NCBI GenBank assembly: GCA_964057225.1
Contig: OZ059900.1
Location: forward strand, 15,190,001-15,254,000
DNA from: Auanema rhodensis
Lineage: Eukaryota; Animalia; Nematoda
Length of the DNA: 64,000 nucleotides
Direction: 5' to 3'
Every line of letters begins with the position of its first letter. The first letter of the stretch is position 1. The notes beneath the pieces are model-generated. The model saw nothing but the letters and a program-made list of their open reading frames with translations. It was not told the origin of the DNA and searched no databases. The translations under genes were made by a program, and so were the position numbers. Shown one piece after another: positions 27,601 to 42,000 of this stretch.

Positions 27601-30359
27601 TCAAAATTGTTCCTACAACGTCTAATTCCACTTTCACGACAAAAAAACCGGGGTTAGAAAATTAAGGAAATTAGCATATTCTGAGGGCACGCCCCTTATG
27701 GCTAATATTGATTAAATCGATTTTTGTTCATATGAGTCGTCAAATGCAACGAATTTCAGCGTGTTACATACTAAAATGAAGCATTTCACATGCTGAACAC
27801 TAGAAAAATACAAAAACACAGTATTTCCCATGAGAAATATTTTATTATGCTGGAAAACCAGTTTTTGGAAATTTCGCTGTAAACAAGGTTTTGACTTACG
27901 ATTTCATGTGTTCAAACTCATGCAATGTCAATGAAACCTAGCTCAAAATTGTTCCTACAACGTCTAGTTCCACTTTCACGACAAAAAAACAGGGGTTAGA
28001 AAATTAAGGAAATTAGCATATTCTGAGGGCACGCCCCTTATGGCTAATATTGATTAAATCGATTTTTGTTCATATGAGTAGTCAAATGCAACGAATTTCA
28101 GCGTGTTACATACTAAAATGAAGCATTTTACATGCTGAACACTAGAAAAATACAAAAACACAGTATTTCCCATGAGAAATATTTTATTATGCTGGAAAAC
28201 CAGTTTTTGGAAATTTCGCTGTAAACAAGGTTTTGACTTACGATTTCATGTGTTCAAACTCATGCAATGTCAATGAAACCTAGCTCAAAATTGTTCCTAC
28301 AACGTCTAATTCCACTTTCACGACAAAAAAACCGGGGTTAGAAAATTAAGGAAATTAGCATATTCTGAGGGCACGCCCCTTATGGCTAATATTGATTAAA
28401 TCGATTTTTGTTCATATGAGTCGTCAAATGCAACGAATTTCAGCGTGTTACATACTAAAATGAAGCATTTTACATGCTGAACACTATAAAAATACAAAAA
28501 CACAGTATTTCCCATGAGAAATATTTTATTATGCTGGAAAACCAGTTTTTGGAAATTTCGCTGTAAACAAGGTTTTGACTTACGATTTCATGCGTTCAAA
28601 CTCATGCAATGTCAATGAAACCTAGCTCAAAATTGTTCCTACAACGTCTAATTCCACTTTCACGACAAAAAAACAGGGGTTAGAAAATTAAGGAAATTAG
28701 CATATTCTGAGGGCACGCCCCTTATGGCTAATATTGATTAAATCGATTTTTGTTCATATGAGTCGTCAAATGCAACGAATTTCAGCGTGTTACATACTAA
28801 AATGAAGCATTTTACATGCTGAACACTAGAAAAATACAAAAACACAGTATTTCCCATGAGAAATATTTTATTATGCTGGAAAACCAGTTTTTGGAAATTT
28901 CGCTGTAAACAAGGTTTTGACTTACGATTTCATGTGTTCAAACTCATGCAATGTCAATGAAACCTAGCTCAAAATTGTTCCTACAACGTCTAGTTCCACT
29001 TTCACGACAAAAAAACAGGGGTTAGAAAATTAAGGAAATTAGCATATTCTGAGGGCACGCCCCTTATGGCTAATATTGATTAAATCGATTTTTGTTCATA
29101 TGAGTCGTCAAATGCAACGAATTTCAGCGTGTTACATACTAAAATGAAACATTTTACATGCTGAACACTAGAAAAATACAAAAACACAGTATTTCCCATG
29201 AGAAATATTTTATTATGCTGGAAAACCAGTTTTTGGAAATTTCGCTGTAAACAAGGTTTTGACTTACGATTTCATGTGTTCAAACTCATGCAATGTCAAT
29301 GAAACCTAGCTCAAAATTGTTCCTACAACGTCTAATTCCACTTTCACGACAAAAAAACCGGGGTTAGAAAATTAAGGAAATTAGCATATTCTGAGGGCAC
29401 GCCCCTTATGGCTAATATTGATTAAATCGATTTTTGTTCATATGAGTCGTCAAATGCAACGAATTTCAGCGTGTTACATACTAAAATGAAGCATTTCACA
29501 TGCTGAACACTAGAAAAATACAAAAACACAGTATTTCTCATGAGAAATATTTTATTATGCTGGAAAACCAGTTTTTGGAAATTTCGCTGTAAACAAGGTT
29601 TTGACTTACGATTTCATGTGTTCAAACTCATGCAATGTCAATGAAACCTAGCTCAAAATTGTTCCTACAACGTCTAGTTCCACTTTCACGACAAAAAAAC
29701 AGGGGTTAGAAAATTAAGGAAATTAGCATATTCTGAGGGCACGCCCCTTATGGCTAATATTGATTAAATCGATTTTTGTTCATATGAGTAGTCAAATGCA
29801 ACGAATTTCAGCGTGTTACATACTAAAATGAAGCATTTCACATGCTGAACACTAGAAAAATACAAAAACACAGTATTTCCCATGAGAAATATTTTATTAT
29901 GCTGGAAAACCAGTTTTTGGAAATTTCGCTGTAAACAAGGTTTTGACTTACGATTTCATGTGTTCAAACTCATGCAATGTCAATGAAACCTAGCTCAAAA
30001 TTGTTCCTACAACGTCTAGTTCCACTTTCACGACAAAAAACAGGGGTTAGAAAATTAAGGAAATTAGCATATTCTGAGGGCACGCCCCTTATGGCTAATA
30101 TTGATTAAATCGATTTTTGTTCATATGAGTAGTCAAATGCAACGAATTTCAGCGTGTTACATACTAAAATGAAGCATTTTACATGCTGAACACTAGAAAA
30201 ATACAAAAACACAGTATTTCCCATGAGAAATATTTTATTATGCTGGAAAACCAGTTTTTGGAAATTTCGCTGTAAACAAGGTTTTGACTTACGATTTCAT
30301 GTGTTCAAACTCATGCAATGTCAATGAAACCTAGCTCAAAATTGTTCCTACAACGTCTA
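24653..30359. repeat. Tandem duplication of an 8-monomer block (period 2735 bp; M74-81 ~ M82-89)
   Basis: The same variant order repeats, including T102/C208, A80, C86/T127 and a 341-bp monomer with an A7->A6 deletion (near 27300 and 30035). 27702-24967 = 2735 = 8x342-1. Confidence 0.9.
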
Positions 30360-30360
30360 G

Positions 30361-33300
30361 TTCCACTTTCACGACAAAAAAACCGGGGTTAGAAAATTAA
30401 GGAAATTAGCATATTCTGAGGGCACGCCCCTTATGGCTAATATTGATTAAATCGATTTTTGTTCATATGAGTCGTCAAATGCAACGAATTTCAGCGTGTT
30501 ACATACTAAAATGAAGCATTTTACATGCTGAACACTAGAAAAATACAAAAACACAGTATTTCTCATGAGAAATATTTTATTATGCTGGAAAACCAGTTTT
30601 TGGAAATTTTGCTGTAAACAAGGTTTTGACTTACGATTTCATGTGTTCAAAGTCATGCAATGTCAATGAAACCTAGCTCAAAATTGTTTGTACAACGTCT
30701 AGTTCCACTTTCACGACAAAAAAACAGGGGTTAGAAAATTAAGGAAATTAGCATATTCTGAGGGCACGCCCCTTATGGCTAATATTGATTAAATCGATTT
30801 TTGTTCATATGAGTAGTCAAATGCAACGAATTTCAGCGTGTTACATACTAAAATGAAGCATTTTACATGCTGAACACTAGAAAAATACAAAAACACAGTA
30901 TTTCCCATGAGAAATATTTTATTATGCTGGAAAACCAGTTTTTGGAAATTTCGCTGTAAACAAGGTTTTGACTTACGATTTCATGTGTTCAAACTCATGC
31001 AATGTCAATGAAACCTAGCTCAAAATTGTTCCTACAACGTCTAGTTCCACTTTCACGACAAAAAAACAGGGGTTAGAAAATTAAGGAAATTAGCATATTC
31101 TGAGGGCACGCCCCTTATGGCTAATATTGATTAAATCGATTTTTGTTCATATGAGTCGTCAAATGCAACGAATTTCAGCGTGTTACATACTAAAATGAAA
31201 CATTTTACATGCTGAACACTAGAAAAATACAAAAACACAGTATTTCTCATGAGAAATATTTTATTATGCTGGAAAACCAGTTTTTGGAAATTTCGCTGTA
31301 AACAAGGTTTTGACTTACGATTTCATGTGTTCAAACTCATGCAATGTCAATGAAACCTAGCTCAAAATTGTTCCTACAACGTCTAGTTCCACTTTCACGA
31401 CAAAAAAACCGGGGTTAGAAAATTAAGGAAATTAGCATATTCTGAGGGCACGCCCCTTATGGCTAATATTGATTAAATCGATTTTTGTTCATATGAGTCG
31501 TCAAATGCAACGAATTTCAGCGTGTTACATACTAAAATGAAGCATTTTACATGCTGAACACTAGAAAAATACAAAAACACAGTATTTCTCATGAGAAATA
31601 TTTTATTATGCTGGAAAACCAGTTTTTGGAAATTTTGCTGTAAACAAGGTTTTGACTTACGATTTCATGTGTTCAAAGTCATGCAATGTCAATGAAACCT
31701 AGCTCAAAATTGTTCCTACAACGTCTAGTTCCACTTTCACGACAAAAAAACAGGGGTTAGAAAATTAAGGAAATTAGCATATTCTGAGGGCACGCCCCTT
31801 ATGGCTAATATTGATTAAATCGATTTTTGTTCATATGAGTCGTCAAATGCAACGAATTTCAGCGTGTTACATACTAAAATGAAGCATTTCACATGCTGAA
31901 CACTAGAAAAATACAAAAACACAGTATTTCCCATGAGAAATATTTTATTATGCTGGAAAACCAGTTTTTGGAAATTTCGCTGTAAACAAGGTTTTGACTT
32001 ACGATTTCATGTGTTCAAACTCATGCAATGTCAATGAAACCTAGCTCAAAATTGTTTGTACAACGTCTAGTTCCACTTTCACGACAAAAAAACAGGGGTT
32101 AGAAAATTAAGGAAATTAGCATATTCTGAGGGCACGCCCCTTATGGCTAATATTGATTAAATCGATTTTTGTTCATATGAGTCGTCAAATGCAACGAATT
32201 TCAGCGTGTTACATACTAAAATGAAGCATTTCACATGCTGAACACTAGAAAAATACAAAAACACAGTATTTCCCATGAGAAATATTTTATTATGCTGGAA
32301 AACCAGTTTTTGGAAATTTCGCTGTAAACAAGGTTTTGACTTACGATTTCATGTGTTCAAACTCATGCAATGTCAATGAAACCTAGCTCAAAATTGTTCC
32401 TACAACGTCTAGTTCCACTTTCACGACAAAAAAACAGGGGTTAGAAAATTAAGGAAATTAGCATATTCTGAGGGCACGCCCCTTATGGCTAATATTGATT
32501 AAATCGATTTTTGTTCATATGAGTCGTCAAATGCAACGAATTTCAGCGTGTTACATACTAAAATGAAGCATTTTACATGCTGAACACTAGAAAAATACAA
32601 AAACACAGTATTTCCCATGAGAAATATTTTATTATGCTGGAAAACCAGTTTTTGGAAATTTCGCTGTAAACAAGGTTTTGACTTACGATTTCATGTGTTC
32701 AAACTCATGCAATGTCAATGAAACCTAGCTCAAAATTGTTCCTACAACGTCTAGTTCCACTTTCACGACAAAAAAACAGGGGTTAGAAAATTAATGAAAT
32801 TAGCATATTCTGAGGGCACGCCCCTTATGGCTAATATTGATTAAATCGATTTTTGTTCATATGAGTCGTCAAATGCAACGAATTTCATCGTGTTACATAC
32901 TAAAATGAAGCATTTTACATGCTGAACACTAGAAAAATACAAAAACACAGTATTTCTCATGAGAAATATTTTATTATGCTGGAAAACCAGTTTTTGGAAA
33001 TTTCGCTGTAAACAAGGTTTTGACTTACGATTTCATGTGTTCAAACTCATGCAATGTCAATGAAACCTAGCTCAAAATTGTTCCTACAACGTCTGTTTCC
33101 ACTTTCACGACAAAAAAACAGGGGTTAGAAAATTAAGGAAATTAGCATATTCTGAGGGCACGCCCCTTATGGCTAATATTGATTAAATCGATTTTTGTTC
33201 ATATGAGTCGTCAAATGCAACGAATTTCAGCGTGTTACATACTAAAATGGAGCATTTCACATGCTGAACACTAGAAAAATACAAAAACACAGTATTTCCC

Positions 33301-36300
33301 ATGAGAAATATTTTATTATGCTGGAAAACCAGTTTTTGGAAATTTCGCTGTAAACAAGGTTTTGACTTACGATTTCATGTGTTCAAACTCATGCAATGTC
33401 AATGAAACCTAGCTCAAAATTGTTCCTACAACGTCTAGTTCCACTTTCACGACAAAAAAACAGGGGTTAGAAAATTAAGGAAATTAGCATATTCTGAGGG
33501 CACGCCCCTTATGGCTAATATTGATTAAATCGATTTTTGTTCATATGAGTCGTCAAATGCAACGAATTTCAGCGTGTTACATACTAAAATGAAGCATTTT
33601 ACATGCTGAACACTAGAAAAATACAAAAACACAGTATTTCCCATGAGAAATATTTTATTATGCTGGAAAACCAGTTTTTGGAAATTTCGCTGTAAACAAG
33701 GTTTTGACTTACGATTTCATGTGTTCAAACTCATGCAATGTCAATGAAACCTAGCTCAAAATTGTTCGTACAACGTCTAGTTCCACTTTCACGACAAAAA
33801 AACAGGGGTTAGAAAATTAATGAAATTAGCATATTCTGAGGGCACGCCCCTTATGGCTAATATTGATTAAATCGATTTTTGTTCATATGAGTCGACAAAT
33901 GCAACGAATTTCATCGTGTTACGTACTAAAATGAAGCATTTTATATGCTGAACACTAGAAAAATACAAAAACACAGTATTTCTCATGAGAAATATTTTAT
34001 TATGCTGGAAAACCAGTTTTTGGAAATTTCGCTGTAAACAAGGTTTTGACTTACGATTTCATGTGTTCAAACTCATGCAATGTCAATGAAACCTAGCTCA
34101 AAATTGTTTGTACAACGTCTGTTTCCACTTTCACGACAAAAAAACAGGGGTTAGAAAATTAAGGAAATTAGCATATTCTGAGGGCACGCCCCTTATGGCT
34201 AATATTGATTAAATCGATTTTTGTTCATATGAGTCGTCAAATGCAACGAATTTCAGCGTGTTAAATACTAAAATGAAACATTTTACATGCTGAACAGTAG
34301 AAAAATACAAAAACACAGTATTTCCCATGAGAAATATTTTATTATGCTGGAAAACCAGTTTTTGGAAATTTCGCTGTAAACAAGGTTTTGACTTACGATT
34401 TCATGTGTTCAAACTCATGCAATGTCAATGAAACCTAGCTCAAAATTGTTCCTTCAACGTCTAGTTCCACTTTCACGACAAAAAAACGGGGGTTAGAAAA
34501 TTAATGAAATCAGCATATTCTGAGGGCACGCCCCTTATGGCTAATATTGATTAAATCGATTTTTGTTCATATGAGTCGTCAAATGCAACGAATTTCATCG
34601 TGTTACATACTAAAATGAAGCATTTTACATGCTGAACACTAGAAAAATACAAAAACACAGTATTTCTCATGAGAAATATTTTATTATGCTGGAAAACCAG
34701 TTTTTGGAAATTTCGCTGTAAACAAGGTTTTGACTTACGATTTCATGTGTTCAAACTCATGCAATGTCAATGAAACCTAGCTCAAAATTGTTTGTACAAC
34801 GTCTAGTTCCACTTTCACGACAAAAAAACAGGGGTTAGAAAATTAAGGAAATTAGCATATTCTGAGGGCACGCCCCTTATGGCTAATATTGATTAAATCG
34901 ATTTTTGTTCATATGAGTAGTCAAATGCAACGAATTTCAGCGTGTTACATACTGAAATGAAGCATTTTACATGCTGAACACTAGAAAAATACAAAAACAC
35001 AGTATTTCCCATGAGAAATATTTTATTATGCTGGAAAACCAGTTTTTGGAATTTTCGCTGTAAACAAGGTTTTGACTTACGATTTCATGTGTTCAAACTC
35101 ATGCAATGTCAATGAAACCTAGCTCAAAATTGTTCGTACAACGTCTAGTTCCACTTTCACGACAAAAAAACAGGGGTTAGAAAATTAAGGAAATTAGCAT
35201 ATTCTGAGGGCACGCCCCTTATGGCTAATATTGATTAAATCGATTTTTGTTCATATGAGTCGTCAAATGCAACGAATTTCAGCGTGTTACATACTAAAAT
35301 GAAGCATTTTACATGCTGAACACTAGAAAAATACAAAAACACAGTATTTCCCATGAGAAATATTTTATTATGCTGGAAAACCAGTTTTTGGAAATTTCGC
35401 TGTAAACAAGGTTTTGACATACGATTTCATGTGTTCAAACTCATGCAATGTCAATGAAACCTAGCTCAAAATTGTTCGTACAACGTCTGGTTCCACTTTC
35501 ACGACAAAAAAACAGGGGTTAGAAAATTTAGGAAATTAGCATATTCTGAGGGCACGCCCCTTATGGCTAATATTGATTAAATCGATTTTTGTTCATATGA
35601 GTCGTCAAATGCAACGAATTTCAGCGTGTTACATACTAAAATGAAGTATTTTACATGCTGAACACTAGAAAAATACAAAAACACAGTATTTCCCATGAGA
35701 AATATTTTATTATGCTGGAAAACCAGTTTTTGGAATTTTCGCTGTAAACAAGGTTTTGACTTACGATTTCATGTGTTCAAACTCATGCAATGTCAATGAA
35801 ACCTAGCTCAAAATTGTTCGTACAACGTCTAGTTCCACTTTCACGACAAAAAAACAGGGGTTAGAAAATTAAGGAAATTAGCATATTCTGAGGGCACGCC
35901 CCTTATGGCTAATATTGATTAAATCGATTTTTGTTCATATGAGTCGTCAAATGCAACGAATTTCAGCGTGTTACATACTAAAATGAAGCATTTTACATGC
36001 TGAACACTAGGAAAATACAAAAACACAGTATTTCCCATGAGAAATATTTTATTATGCTGGAAAACCAGTTTTTGGAATTTTCGCTGTAAACAAGGTTTTG
36101 ACTTACGATTTCATGTGTTCAAACTCATGCAATGTCAATGAAACCTAGCTCAAAATTGTTCGTACAACGTCTAGTTCCACTTTCACGACAAAAAAACCGG
36201 GGTTAGAAAATTAAGGAAATTAGCATATTCTGAGGGCACGCCCCTTATGGCTAATATTGATTAAATCGATTTTTGTTCATATGAGTCGTCAAATGCAACG

Positions 36301-39300
36301 AATTTCAGCGTGTTACATACTAAAATGAAGCATTTTACATGCTGAACACTAGAAAAATACAAAAACACAGTATTTCTCATGAGAAATATTTTATTATGCT
36401 GGAAAACCAGTTTTTGGAAATTTTGCTGTAAACAAGGTTTTGACTTACGATTTCATGTGTTCAAAGTCATGCAATGTCAATGAAACCTAGCTCAAAATTG
36501 TTTGTACAACGTCTAGTTCCACTTTCACGACAAAAAAACAGGGGTTAGAAAATTAAGGAAATTAGCATATTCTGAGGGCACGCCCCTTATGGCTAATATT
36601 GATTAAATCGATTTTTGTTCATATGAGTAGTCAAATGCAACGAATTTCAGCGTGTTACATACTAAAATGAAGCATTTTACATGCTGAACACTAGAAAAAT
36701 ACAAAAACACAGTATTTCCCATGAGAAATATTTTATTATGCTGGAAAACCAGTTTTTGGAAATTTCGCTGTAAACAAGGTTTTGACTTACGATTTCATGT
36801 GTTCAAACTCATGCAATGTCAATGAAACCTAGCTCAAAATTGTTCCTACAACGTCTAGTTCCACTTTCACGACAAAAAAACAGGGGTTAGAAAATTAAGG
36901 AAATTAGCATATTCTGAGGGCACGCCCCTTATGGCTAATATTGATTAAATCGATTTTTGTTCATATGAGTCGTCAAATGCAACGAATTTCAGCGTGTTAC
37001 ATACTAAAATGAAACATTTTACATGCTGAACACTAGAAAAATACAAAAACACAGTATTTCTCATGAGAAATATTTTATTATGCTGGAAAACCAGTTTTTG
37101 GAAATTTCGCTGTAAACAAGGTTTTGACTTACGATTTCATGTGTTCAAACTCATGCAATGTCAATGAAACCTAGCTCAAAATTGTTCCTACAACGTCTAG
37201 TTCCACTTTCACGACAAAAAAACCGGGGTTAGAAAATTAAGGAAATTAGCATATTCTGAGGGCACGCCCCTTATGGCTAATATTGATTAAATCGATTTTT
37301 GTTCATATGAGTCGTCAAATGCAACGAATTTCAGCGTGTTACATACTAAAATGAAGCATTTTACATGCTGAACACTAGAAAAATACAAAAACACAGTATT
37401 TCTCATGAGAAATATTTTATTATGCTGGAAAACCAGTTTTTGGAAATTTTGCTGTAAACAAGGTTTTGACTTACGATTTCATGTGTTCAAAGTCATGCAA
37501 TGTCAATGAAACCTAGCTCAAAATTGTTCCTACAACGTCTAGTTCCACTTTCACGACAAAAAAACAGGGGTTAGAAAATTAAGGAAATTAGCATATTCTG
37601 AGGGCACGCCCCTTATGGCTAATATTGATTAAATCGATTTTTGTTCATATGAGTCGTCAAATGCAACGAATTTCAGCGTGTTACATACTAAAATGAAGCA
37701 TTTCACATGCTGAACACTAGAAAAATACAAAAACACAGTATTTCCCATGAGAAATATTTTATTATGCTGGAAAACCAGTTTTTGGAAATTTCGCTGTAAA
37801 CAAGGTTTTGACTTACGATTTCATGTGTTCAAACTCATGCAATGTCAATGAAACCTAGCTCAAAATTGTTTGTACAACGTCTAGTTCCACTTTCACGACA
37901 AAAAAACAGGGGTTAGAAAATTAAGGAAATTAGCATATTCTGAGGGCACGCCCCTTATGGCTAATATTGATTAAATCGATTTTTGTTCATATGAGTCGTC
38001 AAATGCAACGAATTTCAGCGTGTTACATACTAAAATGAAGCATTTCACATGCTGAACACTAGAAAAATACAAAAACACAGTATTTCCCATGAGAAATATT
38101 TTATTATGCTGGAAAACCAGTTTTTGGAAATTTCGCTGTAAACAAGGTTTTGACTTACGATTTCATGTGTTCAAACTCATGCAATGTCAATGAAACCTAG
38201 CTCAAAATTGTTCCTACAACGTCTAGTTCCACTTTCACGACAAAAAAACAGGGGTTAGAAAATTAAGGAAATTAGCATATTCTGAGGGCACGCCCCTTAT
38301 GGCTAATATTGATTAAATCGATTTTTGTTCATATGAGTCGTCAAATGCAACGAATTTCAGCGTGTTACATACTAAAATGAAGCATTTTACATGCTGAACA
38401 CTAGAAAAATACAAAAACACAGTATTTCCCATGAGAAATATTTTATTATGCTGGAAAACCAGTTTTTGGAAATTTCGCTGTAAACAAGGTTTTGACTTAC
38501 GATTTCATGTGTTCAAACTCATGCAATGTCAATGAAACCTAGCTCAAAATTGTTCCTACAACGTCTAGTTCCACTTTCACGACAAAAAAACAGGGGTTAG
38601 AAAATTAATGAAATTAGCATATTCTGAGGGCACGCCCCTTATGGCTAATATTGATTAAATCGATTTTTGTTCATATGAGTCGTCAAATGCAACGAATTTC
38701 ATCGTGTTACATACTAAAATGAAGCATTTTACATGCTGAACACTAGAAAAATACAAAAACACAGTATTTCTCATGAGAAATATTTTATTATGCTGGAAAA
38801 CCAGTTTTTGGAAATTTCGCTGTAAACAAGGTTTTGACTTACGATTTCATGTGTTCAAACTCATGCAATGTCAATGAAACCTAGCTCAAAATTGTTCCTA
38901 CAACGTCTGTTTCCACTTTCACGACAAAAAAACAGGGGTTAGAAAATTAAGGAAATTAGCATATTCTGAGGGCACGCCCCTTATGGCTAATATTGATTAA
39001 ATCGATTTTTGTTCATATGAGTCGTCAAATGCAACGAATTTCAGCGTGTTACATACTAAAATGGAGCATTTCACATGCTGAACACTAGAAAAATACAAAA
39101 ACACAGTATTTCCCATGAGAAATATTTTATTATGCTGGAAAACCAGTTTTTGGAAATTTCGCTGTAAACAAGGTTTTGACTTACGATTTCATGTGTTCAA
39201 ACTCATGCAATGTCAATGAAACCTAGCTCAAAATTGTTCCTACAACGTCTAGTTCCACTTTCACGACAAAAAAACAGGGGTTAGAAAATTAAGGAAATTA

Positions 39301-42000
39301 GCATATTCTGAGGGCACGCCCCTTATGGCTAATATTGATTAAATCGATTTTTGTTCATATGAGTCGTCAAATGCAACGAATTTCAGCGTGTTACATACTA
39401 AAATGAAGCATTTTACATGCTGAACACTAGAAAAATACAAAAACACAGTATTTCCCATGAGAAATATTTTATTATGCTGGAAAACCAGTTTTTGGAAATT
39501 TCGCTGTAAACAAGGTTTTGACTTACGATTTCATGTGTTCAAACTCATGCAATGTCAATGAAACCTAGCTCAAAATTGTTCGTACAACGTCTAGTTCCAC
39601 TTTCACGACAAAAAAACAGGGGTTAGAAAATTAATGAAATTAGCATATTCTGAGGGCACGCCCCTTATGGCTAATATTGATTAAATCGATTTTTGTTCAT
39701 ATGAGTCGACAAATGCAACGAATTTCATCGTGTTACGTACTAAAATGAAGCATTTTATATGCTGAACACTAGAAAAATACAAAAACACAGTATTTCTCAT
39801 GAGAAATATTTTATTATGCTGGAAAACCAGTTTTTGGAAATTTCGCTGTAAACAAGGTTTTGACTTACGATTTCATGTGTTCAAACTCATGCAATGTCAA
39901 TGAAACCTAGCTCAAAATTGTTTGTACAACGTCTGTTTCCACTTTCACGACAAAAAAACAGGGGTTAGAAAATTAAGGAAATTAGCATATTCTGAGGGCA
40001 CGCCCCTTATGGCTAATATTGATTAAATCGATTTTTGTTCATATGAGTCGTCAAATGCAACGAATTTCAGCGTGTTAAATACTAAAATGAAACATTTTAC
40101 ATGCTGAACAGTAGAAAAATACAAAAACACAGTATTTCCCATGAGAAATATTTTATTATGCTGGAAAACCAGTTTTTGGAAATTTCGCTGTAAACAAGGT
40201 TTTGACTTACGATTTCATGTGTTCAAACTCATGCAATGTCAATGAAACCTAGCTCAAAATTGTTCCTTCAACGTCTAGTTCCACTTTCACGACAAAAAAA
40301 CGGGGGTTAGAAAATTAATGAAATCAGCATATTCTGAGGGCACGCCCCTTATGGCTAATATTGATTAAATCGATTTTTGTTCATATGAGTCGTCAAATGC
40401 AACGAATTTCATCGTGTTACATACTAAAATGAAGCATTTTACATGCTGAACACTAGAAAAATACAAAAACACAGTATTTCTCATGAGAAATATTTTATTA
40501 TGCTGGAAAACCAGTTTTTGGAAATTTCGCTGTAAACAAGGTTTTGACTTACGATTTCATGTGTTCAAACTCATGCAATGTCAATGAAACCTAGCTCAAA
40601 ATTGTTTGTACAACGTCTAGTTCCACTTTCACGACAAAAAAACAGGGGTTAGAAAATTAAGGAAATTAGCATATTCTGAGGGCACGCCCCTTATGGCTAA
40701 TATTGATTAAATCGATTTTTGTTCATATGAGTAGTCAAATGCAACGAATTTCAGCGTGTTACATACTGAAATGAAGCATTTTACATGCTGAACACTAGAA
40801 AAATACAAAAACACAGTATTTCCCATGAGAAATATTTTATTATGCTGGAAAACCAGTTTTTGGAATTTTCGCTGTAAACAAGGTTTTGACTTACGATTTC
40901 ATGTGTTCAAACTCATGCAATGTCAATGAAACCTAGCTCAAAATTGTTCGTACAACGTCTAGTTCCACTTTCACGACAAAAAAACAGGGGTTAGAAAATT
41001 AAGGAAATTAGCATATTCTGAGGGCACGCCCCTTATGGCTAATATTGATTAAATCGATTTTTGTTCATATGAGTCGTCAAATGCAACGAATTTCAGCGTG
41101 TTACATACTAAAATGAAGCATTTTACATGCTGAACACTAGAAAAATACAAAAACACAGTATTTCCCATGAGAAATATTTTATTATGCTGGAAAACCAGTT
41201 TTTGGAAATTTCGCTGTAAACAAGGTTTTGACATACGATTTCATGTGTTCAAACTCATGCAATGTCAATGAAACCTAGCTCAAAATTGTTCGTACAACGT
41301 CTGGTTCCACTTTCACGACAAAAAAACAGGGGTTAGAAAATTTAGGAAATTAGCATATTCTGAGGGCACGCCCCTTATGGCTAATATTGATTAAATCGAT
41401 TTTTGTTCATATGAGTCGTCAAATGCAACGAATTTCAGCGTGTTACATACTAAAATGAAGTATTTTACATGCTGAACACTAGAAAAATACAAAAACACAG
41501 TATTTCCCATGAGAAATATTTTATTATGCTGGAAAACCAGTTTTTGGAATTTTCGCTGTAAACAAGGTTTTGACTTACGATTTCATGTGTTCAAACTCAT
41601 GCAATGTCAATGAAACCTAGCTCAAAATTGTTCGTACAACGTCTAGTTCCACTTTCACGACAAAAAAACAGGGGTTAGAAAATTAAGGAAATTAGCATAT
41701 TCTGAGGGCACGCCCCTTATGGCTAATATTGATTAAATCGATTTTTGTTCATATGAGTCGTCAAATGCAACGAATTTCAGCGTGTTACATACTAAAATGA
41801 AGCATTTTACATGCTGAACACTAGGAAAATACAAAAACACAGTATTTCCCATGAGAAATATTTTATTATGCTGGAAAACCAGTTTTTGGAATTTTCGCTG
41901 TAAACAAGGTTTTGACTTACGATTTCATGTGTTCAAACTCATGCAATGTCAATGAAACCTAGCTCAAAATTGTTCGTACAACGTCTAGTTCCACTTTCAC
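30361..42000. repeat. Tandem duplication of a 17-monomer block (period 5814 bp; M90-106 = M107-123)
   Basis: Many private SNPs repeat at exactly +5814, e.g. ATGGAG (33250/39064), GTCGAC, GTTAAATA, CCTTCAA, AATCAGC and CTAGGAA. The supplied ORFs at 35235 and 41049 are also 5814 apart. Confidence 0.95.

Noticed and set aside
35235-35420. 61-aa minus-strand ORF, also at 41049, 43443 and 50284
   Set aside because: It exists only because the T195A SNP (GACTTAC->GACATAC) creates an ATG in a chance open frame of the satellite. The four copies follow the block duplications, and I recognise no domain or gene context.
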